From NCBI GenBank assembly GCA_964496765.1, contig CAZCAP010000015.1, forward strand, positions 1-14,197: DNA of 14,197 nt, written 5' to 3'. The notes below the pieces were generated by a model. That model was not told the DNA's origin. It ran no database searches and was given only the letters and a program-made list of their open reading frames with translations. Position 1 is the stretch's first letter; each line of letters opens with the position of its first letter. Below are positions 1 through 7,383 of the stretch, in pieces. Both the position numbers and the translations under genes were made by a program. Source of the DNA: an uncultured archaeon. Lineage in GTDB: Archaea; Iainarchaeota; Iainarchaeia; Iainarchaeales; CSSED10-239.

Positions 1-83
1 CGCAGAGGACGGGATTCGAACCCGTGTAGTCTTTCGACTCTAGCTTAGCAGGCTAGCACGTTTGACCACTCCGCCACCTCTGC
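1..83 (-). tRNA. tRNA-Ser, anticodon GCT
   Basis: Reverse complement gives GCAGAGG...CCTCTGC acceptor arms, anticodon stem CTAGC/GCTAG around loop CTGCTAA (anticodon GCT), a long variable arm (AGTCGAAAGACT), and T arm ACGGG-TTCGAAT-CCCGT. G discriminator is at position 1; the 3' side is cut by the window edge. Confidence 0.97.
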
Positions 84-169
84 AACAACTCTTTTAAAAA
101 TAAAATTATCTTAAAAAGAAGTATTATATAATTTAGGAGACAGAAGTTATTTAAATCCTAGTTATAAAC

Positions 170-1069
170 TTATTTTCTAATAAATAAAGAAGATAGGAAG
201 GCCTTATTAGTAACACCATATTTTTTAATATCAACATACCCCTTATCTCCTAGTTTCTTAATATTTCTTGAAACAGTTCCTTTAGGAAGAAACAATTTCA
301 AAGCAATCTTTTGCTGAGATAATCCATCTTCCTCAAGAAGAAGCTTAATTATCTTTTGTTCATTTTCATTCAAACCTAAAAGTAATTTGTGAGTTTGATC
401 AACAGTGTTTTTTTTAATATCTTTCTCTTTCCTATTCTTTTTGTTTTTAATAACAAAAAAATAAGCAATAGTTAAACCAATCAAAATAATAACAAGAACA
501 ATGATTAACCAAGAATTATTTCCTTTTTCAGACTTAATATTTTGATTTGATATTTTATAGTTTGCTTTAAAGTTTAATAGGTCCTCATCAGTTACATAAA
601 ATTTATCCCTATCAGGATGAAGATTCTTAATATCTGTTGATAGGGAAATTATATTAGACCCAGCAGGGAATGTAATCTTAAATTGTCCAGTGGCATCTAA
701 AAATAATGGACTATAGTCTATTGTCCATCCATTTATATCTTTTAGAGTGTAATAATCAGTTAAATAAGTAATATCAAGAAGTATCTCATTAGTTGAATAA
801 TTATCAACATTTATTCTAAGTTTGTCAATTCCAAAGGTATAACTTGCATCCTTACTATTTACCTTAACAATCATATCATAGACAGGGAAAATATCAAACA
901 CAAGCTCATTGGTGTCTTTAAAATCAGTGATACTTAGTTGTTCATTAATCTCTAGAGAACCATTAGTTCTCACTAAAATAGTTGTTGAAATATCATTTGT
1001 AGTATAGGAATAAATAGATGGAAGCAAAAATAATACAACTATTATAATAAATAAGTTTATTTTGTTCAT
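170..1069 (-). CDS. Membrane-anchored winged-HTH protein (signal/ectodomain, single TM, cytoplasmic wHTH)
   Basis: N-terminal hydrophobic segment, ~190 aa beta-rich region, TM (WLIIVLVIILIGLTIAYFFVI), basic linker, then wHTH-like KIIKLLLEEDGLSQQKIALKLFLPKGTVSRNIKKLGDKGYVDI. Confidence 0.8.
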   Translation of the reverse strand: MNKINLFIIIVVLFLLPSIYSYTTNDISTTILVRTNGSLEINEQLSITDFKDTNELVFDIFPVYDMIVKVNSKDASYTFGIDKLRINVDNYSTNEILLDITYLTDYYTLKDINGWTIDYSPLFLDATGQFKITFPAGSNIISLSTDIKNLHPDRDKFYVTDEDLLNFKANYKISNQNIKSEKGNNSWLIIVLVIILIGLTIAYFFVIKNKKNRKEKDIKKNTVDQTHKLLLGLNENEQKIIKLLLEEDGLSQQKIALKLFLPKGTVSRNIKKLGDKGYVDIKKYGVTNKAFLSSLFIRK

Positions 1070-1145
1070 ATTTGTCAGTCTTTTTACATTTAACTTATAA
1101 TCAAAATATATTTAAACCTACTTTATTATAATAAAAGAAAGAAAA

Positions 1146-1165
1146 GAGAATCATTTAAGATTCTC
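1146..1165 (-). terminator. Hairpin plus T-rich tract overlapping the stop codon of the secreted-protein gene
   Basis: Minus strand GAGAATC-TTAAAT-GATTCTC then TTTTCTTTCTTTT; perfect 7-bp stem, stop TGA at 1151-1153 lies inside it. Confidence 0.55.
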
Positions 1166-2725
1166 AGTTGCATTAACAATCTTCTCTACTTTCTTTGTTC
1201 CAAATGGAATAAATCCAAACAATTTATTCTGCTCTTTAACAGTAAATACATATTTAGGAACATCATCTATATTTACTAGTTGTACATCTCCATAGACGTC
1301 TTCTGAATTAATTTGACCTTCAGAAAGAACAGTTTCTATGTTTTTTATTTTCTTTGTTTGATTATTTTGGTTTATGTACATAGATGAAGCTTGCCCTGAG
1401 TTAGCAACATCTACTATTATATCTTCTTCAGATATCTCTGTAGCCATTTCTTTTGTTGCTGATCTCATTCCTTTGCTAGCACCATTTCTTCCTAAAACAA
1501 CATTAACAGATCCTGAAGAAACTATGGTTTGTCCAGAGTTTGTTACTTGTGAATCATCTACAATTTCTGCAGCTTTAATTGGTTTAGATTCTGTTGTTCC
1601 ATATTCCCAACCATTTCCGTTTCCAGAACCAAACATATCCTTTAGAATAAATCTATTTGAATAGCTTGGTGCTTTACTAAACGACAAGATAGTGCTTATT
1701 GATTTCACATAATTATTGTATGCATAATTATATTCTTTCAAGCTTATCTTTTCTTCTGTTGTCTCAGGATAAACCTTAAAAGTTACTTTATAATTTGTAT
1801 TTGGTTTTAAATCCTTATAAATTTGTGAAGAATAAACATATTCATAACTTGAGGGTTCTGTTTTTTGAGAAGCAGAATCAATTGTATTTAATTCATCTAC
1901 TTTTTCAAGAACAGGATAAAAGAATGCTTTGTTACTTGTGCCTACCTCTTCAAGAATAATTAATGTTGGAAGTTCAGTAGTTGAAACATATCCTGCTTCA
2001 ATAGTTAATGGATTTCCTGCTTTTACAACATATGGTGCTAAATCAGCTGAACCAACAATTATTCCATTTATTTTCATATATTCGTTACTTGGAATTGTCC
2101 ATTTTACAGTTGATGGTTGTGGAACAGGTCCTGGTTTTTGACTAAATACAACCTTTATTGAATCTCCTGCAAATGATTTTCCAGTGTAATCATTTGTTTC
2201 AATCAAACTAACATTTATAGTAAATGTCTCTGTTTTTACTGAATCTCCAAATTGGTTTCTGATTGCATCAGCAGAATCATCTAATCTAATTACATAGGTG
2301 TGTACATATGTTGATAAATTTGATGTATCTACTCCTCCTAATGTTGAACCAGCAGTATCTATATATTCAACAGGCAAAACCAATCTAGCAATAACCTCTC
2401 CTTTTGGATTTGCTAAACCAATATCAGCAAGCAACTTAAAATTAGATATATTACTTTCTCCAGTTGTTACTGAAATATATATATTTTGGTTTTCTATATT
2501 CACATATCTAATACCTGTAGTTGCATCCATTTTCACTTGTGGATCAAACTTAAAATTTAGATAATATTTATTACCTGTCATTGGAGTAATAATTTCTTGT
2601 GGTTCAAGAGTTGTATTTGCGCTATTCATATCCTCAGCATTTAACTTTGGACTTATTGCAAATGCAGATAATACAAAAGCAAACGCTAGCAAAACAACAC
2701 TCATTGTTTTAATTGTTTTATTCAT
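1151..2725 (-). CDS. Large secreted protein of unknown function
   Basis: ORF 1151..2731 with signal peptide (MNKTIKTMSVVLLAFAFVLSAFAISPKLNA). The SD-like AAAGGTGA sits 1 nt from the first ATG but 7 nt from the second, so start 2725 is preferred. C-terminal segment is KLFGFIPFGTKKVEKIVNATE. Confidence 0.8.
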   Translation of the reverse strand: MNKTIKTMSVVLLAFAFVLSAFAISPKLNAEDMNSANTTLEPQEIITPMTGNKYYLNFKFDPQVKMDATTGIRYVNIENQNIYISVTTGESNISNFKLLADIGLANPKGEVIARLVLPVEYIDTAGSTLGGVDTSNLSTYVHTYVIRLDDSADAIRNQFGDSVKTETFTINVSLIETNDYTGKSFAGDSIKVVFSQKPGPVPQPSTVKWTIPSNEYMKINGIIVGSADLAPYVVKAGNPLTIEAGYVSTTELPTLIILEEVGTSNKAFFYPVLEKVDELNTIDSASQKTEPSSYEYVYSSQIYKDLKPNTNYKVTFKVYPETTEEKISLKEYNYAYNNYVKSISTILSFSKAPSYSNRFILKDMFGSGNGNGWEYGTTESKPIKAAEIVDDSQVTNSGQTIVSSGSVNVVLGRNGASKGMRSATKEMATEISEEDIIVDVANSGQASSMYINQNNQTKKIKNIETVLSEGQINSEDVYGDVQLVNIDDVPKYVFTVKEQNKLFGFIPFGTKKVEKIVNATENLK

Positions 2726-2853
2726 TTTCATTTCACCTTTTTTAATTTTATTTGAATTTTTCTTTTTCTATTATTATGTTGAAAAAAGCAGGAGATTGCA
2801 AAAAATAATTTTTAATCTTTGAGGAGATAAAACCAATTCCTACTTAATTTCAA

Positions 2854-2933
2854 GCATAACAAACTTATGAATTTTTGTATTTAAATACTTTAGGTGAAAC
2901 AAAGCGAAACAAAGAAGAACAAAGGGGAACAAA
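2854..2933 (+). repeat. 10-bp phased repeats GNNNAACAAA (four tandem plus one outlying in-phase copy)
   Basis: GTGAAACAAA (2894), GCGAAACAAA (2904), GAAGAACAAA (2914), GGGGAACAAA (2924); further copy GCATAACAAA at 2854-2863, exactly 40 bp before 2894. Confidence 0.75.
2877..2888 (-). promoter_or_regulatory. Palindromic TATA-like element GTATTTAAATAC
   Basis: 12-bp perfect palindrome with TATA-box character lying between repeat copies in the divergent intergenic region. Confidence 0.4.
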
Positions 2934-3009
2934 CCCCTAAAAACCATAAATAGAAGCAAAAAAGAGTATAAAGAATATATTAAAAACCTAATCATAATAT
3001 ATATCTACT

Positions 3010-3930
3010 ATGAATGAAGAGTATATGATCTTAGCTTTACAAAAGGATAAGCCAACTGCTCAAACCATAGCTGATAAGCTTGATATTCCAATAGGAGACA
3101 TAAATGTTAAGTTTGCTATGGGCACAGAAACAAGTGTTGATGTTCAATCATACGTTAATAATAAAACTATTTTTCTAATATATAACATAACACAACCTGC
3201 TAATGAATCTCTAATGCAATTATTGTTTATTTGTGATGCGATCAAGAAAGAAGGAGCACAATATATTTATTTAATTACATCCTATCTACCCTACACAAAG
3301 ATAAGAATAGATGTTCAACAAAAACTTAATTTTTCTCTAGTAACTAGATTCTTTGAAGAGGTTTCCATAGACAAGATATATGCCTTTGGATTATATAACC
3401 CAAAAATAACATACTATACAAAAATTCCATTATATAATATCCCAGTATCAATCATATTTGCTAAAATACTGGAAGATAATTTTTCAAATAATAAAGACCT
3501 AATTGTTACCTGTATTGATCATGAAATGCAAGACGCTGCTCGTGATGTTGCTAAAAAAATAAATGCAAGAACAATATTTCCAGTTAAAGATTTTTCAAAC
3601 AACAAACCTGAATTTGAAATATATGAAGAAGTAAATGGAAAGGAAATATTAATTGTTTCAGATAGTGTAAATACAGGAGAAAATCTAGTTGGTTACTCAA
3701 ATTATCTTACTTTTAAGGGAGCAAGAAATATATCTGTGTTATGTACACATGGGATCATGAGAAAAGAAGCAATTATTCCAATAGAAAAGTCAATAATCAA
3801 GCAAATATACACAATAACTCACATTTATCAAAAGTCTACTAAGATTAAGCTTATTCCTGTAACCAGGATTATTGAAGAAATAATTAAGAGAACCATAGAA
3901 AATAAGAACATCAAACCTATTTTGAAATGA
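3010..3930 (+). CDS. Ribose-phosphate pyrophosphokinase-like protein (divergent, probably motif-degenerate)
   Basis: Overall Prs-like order: GDINVKFAMGTE, LMQLLFICDAIKKEGAQYIYLITSYLPYTK, IDKIYAFGLYNPKI, KEILIVSDSVNTGENLV, GARNISVLCTHGI. Canonical catalytic signatures are altered. Confidence 0.75.
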   Translation: MNEEYMILALQKDKPTAQTIADKLDIPIGDINVKFAMGTETSVDVQSYVNNKTIFLIYNITQPANESLMQLLFICDAIKKEGAQYIYLITSYLPYTKIRIDVQQKLNFSLVTRFFEEVSIDKIYAFGLYNPKITYYTKIPLYNIPVSIIFAKILEDNFSNNKDLIVTCIDHEMQDAARDVAKKINARTIFPVKDFSNNKPEFEIYEEVNGKEILIVSDSVNTGENLVGYSNYLTFKGARNISVLCTHGIMRKEAIIPIEKSIIKQIYTITHIYQKSTKIKLIPVTRIIEEIIKRTIENKNIKPILK

Positions 3931-4011
3931 TTTAAATATGTTTCTATGGTATATTATATATAATAAATAATGATACTAATATTAATAAAACTATAAAAGG
4001 GTAGATGAGAT

Positions 4012-4494
4012 ATGTTAAAAAGTGGGGTCGCTGAAATAATAGGCAAGAATGATAATTTTCTAACAATTGTTCTTGATGATGGAGATGATGTTGTTAAGTG
4101 CATTGAGAGTGCATTTAAGGAACAGGGTATTAAAAAAGCTCTTTTGGTTTCTGCAGAAGGTAAGCTTAAAGATACTAGAATTGCAACATCAAAATCAGGA
4201 GTACTAAGACAAAGAACCTACTCAGAAGGAATCAAGATTAAACAGGTTTCTGGTGAGTTCAATAAGGTTAATAATGATTATTTTGGAGACGTTAATGTCT
4301 CACTTGCTAGAGATCCAATACACACAGTTTCTGGTATTCTATTAATGGGAACTGCAGATGGAGAAGTAACAATTAGGTTTAAGATTGTTGCAGATCTTTC
4401 ATATTCTCCAGAGAATTCAAACAAAAAGAAAAGCTTTGAAGAAATGAAAGATGGTGCTGCAAAGAAAGAACCAGCTCCATTCCTAATATCCTAG
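4012..4494 (+). CDS. PPC/DUF296-like domain protein
   Basis: Pattern DGDDVVKCIESAFKEQGIKKALLVSAEGKLKDTRI...VSGEF...VSGILLMGTADGEVTIRFKIV resembles the PPC/DUF296 fold; the usual His residues are not evident. Confidence 0.55.
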   Translation: MLKSGVAEIIGKNDNFLTIVLDDGDDVVKCIESAFKEQGIKKALLVSAEGKLKDTRIATSKSGVLRQRTYSEGIKIKQVSGEFNKVNNDYFGDVNVSLARDPIHTVSGILLMGTADGEVTIRFKIVADLSYSPENSNKKKSFEEMKDGAAKKEPAPFLIS

Positions 4495-4515
4495 AGAAAG
4501 GATATTCTTTTTTTT
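4485..4515 (+). terminator. Hairpin plus T8 overlapping the PPC-like gene stop codon
   Basis: AATATCCT-AGAGAA-AGGATATT followed by C and TTTTTTTT; stop TAG at 4492-4494 lies across stem and loop. Confidence 0.7.
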
Positions 4516-4591
4516 ATTTAAAAATAAGCAAAAGTTATTTAAAGAAGATAGCTTTAATATTCTATTGATTTACATATATTTGTGATAGATT

Positions 4592-5350
4592 ATGCCTATT
4601 AAACCAAGACACTTAACAATTTCAAAAGCAATTGAATTAAGAAGGAAAAATCCAACAAAGAACAGAAGAACTGTAAACGAAGTATTAAAAGAAACAAGAA
4701 AAAAGAGATATGAAAGTTGGAATTATTGTGATGGTGGGGCTCACAGATATAGAGAAATATACAAAGAAAATCTAAATAACAGACCACTAAATTTTCTATT
4801 AGAAAAGCTAAAAATTAAAGATCCACAGCTAATGGTATTAGGGCCAGGACATGGATATGATAATGCTTTGTTTAAAAAAGAACTTCATGAATTTAGAGTA
4901 AATATACACATTGACACACTAGGATTTAGTAAAACAATAAATCAGAAATTGTTAGAAGACAAAGTAATAAGAAAAGACTATTCTCCAAGAATTTCAAAAG
5001 CAATTTCCTTTGAGCATATAAATCCAATTGAACATCCTAGGCTTGTAAAATCAATTTTAGGCAAATATCATCTAGTCATGGGAGAAAGATCTGTTGGGGT
5101 ATATGGAGCATCACACGCCTATGCGTTATTTCAATCATCATTGTTGCTAGCAAAAAGAGGGAGAGCATATATTGATTTGCAATTTAATAGCCCACTAAAA
5201 GAAATACTGGATGTAACTAGAAGAATGATAAATTCATATAATAAAACAAATAATACAAATTTGAAGTTTTTAATAAAAGAAATAAAAGAAACCTCTGGAA
5301 CAAATTCAAAAGGGAATTACACGTATATCCAAATAGATAGAATTGAGTAA
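4592..5350 (+). CDS. Divergent SAM-methyltransferase-like protein
   Basis: Nucleotide-binding-like glycine loop LMVLGPGHGYDNALFKKEL, downstream Rossmann-like alternation (YHLVMGERS..GASHAYALFQSSLLLAKRGRAYIDLQF). GTGAT SD-like motif upstream. Confidence 0.45.
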   Translation: MPIKPRHLTISKAIELRRKNPTKNRRTVNEVLKETRKKRYESWNYCDGGAHRYREIYKENLNNRPLNFLLEKLKIKDPQLMVLGPGHGYDNALFKKELHEFRVNIHIDTLGFSKTINQKLLEDKVIRKDYSPRISKAISFEHINPIEHPRLVKSILGKYHLVMGERSVGVYGASHAYALFQSSLLLAKRGRAYIDLQFNSPLKEILDVTRRMINSYNKTNNTNLKFLIKEIKETSGTNSKGNYTYIQIDRIE

Positions 5351-5352
5351 AA

Positions 5353-5370
5353 TCAGAAATCTATTTCTGA
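5353..5370 (-). terminator. Inverted repeat between convergent genes, overlapping the stop of the 5361-5963 gene
   Basis: TCAGAAAT-CT-ATTTCTGA perfect 8-bp arms (inner pairs probably open). On minus strand followed by TTTT; stop TAG (5361-5363) is central. Confidence 0.5.
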
Positions 5371-5963
5371 GAGCATACACCAATGAAATTAAAATGTTGA
5401 TAATCATCAGGATTAACTTTTCTTGTCTCTAAATCAAAGATGTCAGTGTAAATTTGTCCATACATACTATCTATCTTAAAATACTTTGAAAGAATCTTAT
5501 TAAATTCATCTAAACTAAATTCAATAATGTGAAATGGAGAACCATGTGGTTTTCTTGGAGTTGAAATAATTAATCTTCCTTCTGGTTTTAAGATTCTTTT
5601 AACTTCCTTTAAGAATTTATTTGGATCTTTAACGTGTTCTATTCCTTCAAAAGAGACTACAACATCAAAATATTGATCTTTAAATAGTTTCATATCTTGC
5701 ATATCACAAACAAAGAAACAATTATTATCATTTAAAAATAATTCATTAGCATGATCAATTGCTGGAGAACAAATATCAACTCCATAAATTTTCTTTGATT
5801 TATTAGTTAATAATGAGCAACCATAACCACCCCCACAGGGAACATCTAAAATCACATCATCCTCTTCAATGAATTGTAATGCAAATTTATATCTTATTAG
5901 ATGAGATAGCTCTGCCTCTTCTATTGTTTTTGGAGCTTGTCTTTCTTTATCAGATTCAATCAT
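5361..5963 (-). CDS. Class I SAM-dependent methyltransferase
   Basis: Motif I VILDVPCGGGYGCSLL, acidic strand IYGVDIC, FDVVVSFEGIEHV, LKPEGRLIISTP. Confidence 0.9.
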   Translation of the reverse strand: MIESDKERQAPKTIEEAELSHLIRYKFALQFIEEDDVILDVPCGGGYGCSLLTNKSKKIYGVDICSPAIDHANELFLNDNNCFFVCDMQDMKLFKDQYFDVVVSFEGIEHVKDPNKFLKEVKRILKPEGRLIISTPRKPHGSPFHIIEFSLDEFNKILSKYFKIDSMYGQIYTDIFDLETRKVNPDDYQHFNFIGVCSQK

Positions 5964-6739
5964 ATCTTTTTTCCACCCACAAAAAATATACTTTTTTTTT
6001 CAAAGATTTTTGTAATTTCTTTTCCTTTTACGTTATTTGAAAATGAAATTAAACTAATATTATTCTTCCTAAACCAGTTAGTAACTTCACCCAATGTGTG
6101 ATAGGATTCATGGGGAACAACATACCTATCATGTAATGAATTTCTAGGAGCATGGGTTATTGATTTTGCAACCCAACTATTATCCAGAAACCTAATTATT
6201 TTTCTTGAATCAAATGATCTGGAAACAAATATCCTAATTAAAAAACGAATAAGTCTATATCTCAAACGAGCATAGCTATGATACAATCCAAGAATAATTA
6301 TTCCATCCTTTTTTAATTGATGAGATAGCTTTTGAAAAGCAAGATAGGGATCTTTAGTGTGATGAAGAACTCCTGTGGAAACAATTATATCAAACTTACC
6401 TAGATCAGAAAGATCATCGTTAACTAAATCCTTTTCAATAAATCTAATATCAAGATTACTTCTCTTTGCAAGCTTTCTTGCATGAGTTAGTTGACCTATT
6501 GAAAAATCTATTCCTGTCACCTTTGCTCCATACTTACTAAACATTATTGATTTTTCTCCACTCCCACAGCCAGCATCAAGTACTCTCTTTCCAGAGAGAT
6601 CATTAGGAGAAAGATTACCATAGGAAAGGATCTTAGAAATAAGCTTGAGATGATGTTTTCTTTGGCGATTAGTATAGAGATTAATAACAGGATAATTATA
6701 GGTGTTATAATATTTTTTTACATCAGTTGTAATATCCAT
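5960..6739 (-). CDS. Class I SAM-dependent methyltransferase
   Basis: VLDAGCGSGEKSIMFSKYGAKVTGIDFS, FDIIVSTGVLHHTKDP, LKKDGIIILGLY; ATGA overlap with the downstream gene. Confidence 0.92.
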   Translation of the reverse strand: MDITTDVKKYYNTYNYPVINLYTNRQRKHHLKLISKILSYGNLSPNDLSGKRVLDAGCGSGEKSIMFSKYGAKVTGIDFSIGQLTHARKLAKRSNLDIRFIEKDLVNDDLSDLGKFDIIVSTGVLHHTKDPYLAFQKLSHQLKKDGIIILGLYHSYARLRYRLIRFLIRIFVSRSFDSRKIIRFLDNSWVAKSITHAPRNSLHDRYVVPHESYHTLGEVTNWFRKNNISLISFSNNVKGKEITKIFEKKSIFFVGGKKI

Positions 6740-6742
6740 ATA

Positions 6743-7366
6743 TTAATTATACTCCATCTCTAGCTTATCTGCTTTTTCTTTTAATTGACTAGCAATATTA
6801 AGATAATTGTTTGCTTTTGCATAATCCCTATTAAAAGAAAGAGATAAAATTAGGTTTCTAGTTAGTTCTTTTGTTTTTTTTAGATTTTTTCTAATGTTTG
6901 CTTCTGTTTCTTTAATCTTTCTATCAATTTCAACTAACGTATCTTTCATGATTTCAGATTCTGGGAGCTTATGTCTTTTAGCATAGGAAAAAGCATCACT
7001 GAATTTATTTGCTTTACATAACTCCTGAGTAACCATTGTTCTTAACTTTCTTGATAGGTTATATATATTTGTATCAGATAACACGCTTAATCTATATTCT
7101 CCTAAATAAAAATCAGCAAGCAAATCATATTTTTCAAAGGATTTAAGAGCTCTAAATGATTTAATTTTGTTAGCCTTTCCAGATAACACCAGTTTATTAT
7201 GTTTTTTCATATTTTCTTTTATGAAATTAAGCACATCCTTATTTTTTGGATCAAGTTTATCAATATGCTCTAGACCATCAAAAAATCTTTTCTTTGGTCT
7301 TATTTGTTTATCTATTTTGTAGATTAGTTTTTTCATCATTTGGTAATCACTTTGGTTGTTTTGCAT
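6743..7366 (-). CDS. Helical protein of unknown function in the methyltransferase operon
   Basis: 207 aa, Lys-rich helical composition, 3-nt gap to the 5960-6739 gene and 17-nt gap to the HAD gene. Confidence 0.75.
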   Translation of the reverse strand: MQNNQSDYQMMKKLIYKIDKQIRPKKRFFDGLEHIDKLDPKNKDVLNFIKENMKKHNKLVLSGKANKIKSFRALKSFEKYDLLADFYLGEYRLSVLSDTNIYNLSRKLRTMVTQELCKANKFSDAFSYAKRHKLPESEIMKDTLVEIDRKIKETEANIRKNLKKTKELTRNLILSLSFNRDYAKANNYLNIASQLKEKADKLEMEYN

Positions 7367-7383
7367 ATATTTTAATTATTATA

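Noticed and set aside
1374-2564. Plus-strand ORFs 1374..1664, 1929..2141 and 2298..2564
   Set aside because: Antisense shadows of the well-supported minus-strand secreted-protein gene; Pro/Ser/Phe-rich nonsense-like composition with no motifs or start signals.
3952-3965. 14-bp palindrome TATTATATATAATA
   Set aside because: Pure AT alternating sequence in an AT-rich intergenic region; expected by composition.
4599-4787. Minus-strand ORF of 62 aa
   Set aside because: Antisense to the 4592-5350 gene, Phe/Leu-rich low-complexity translation, no motif.
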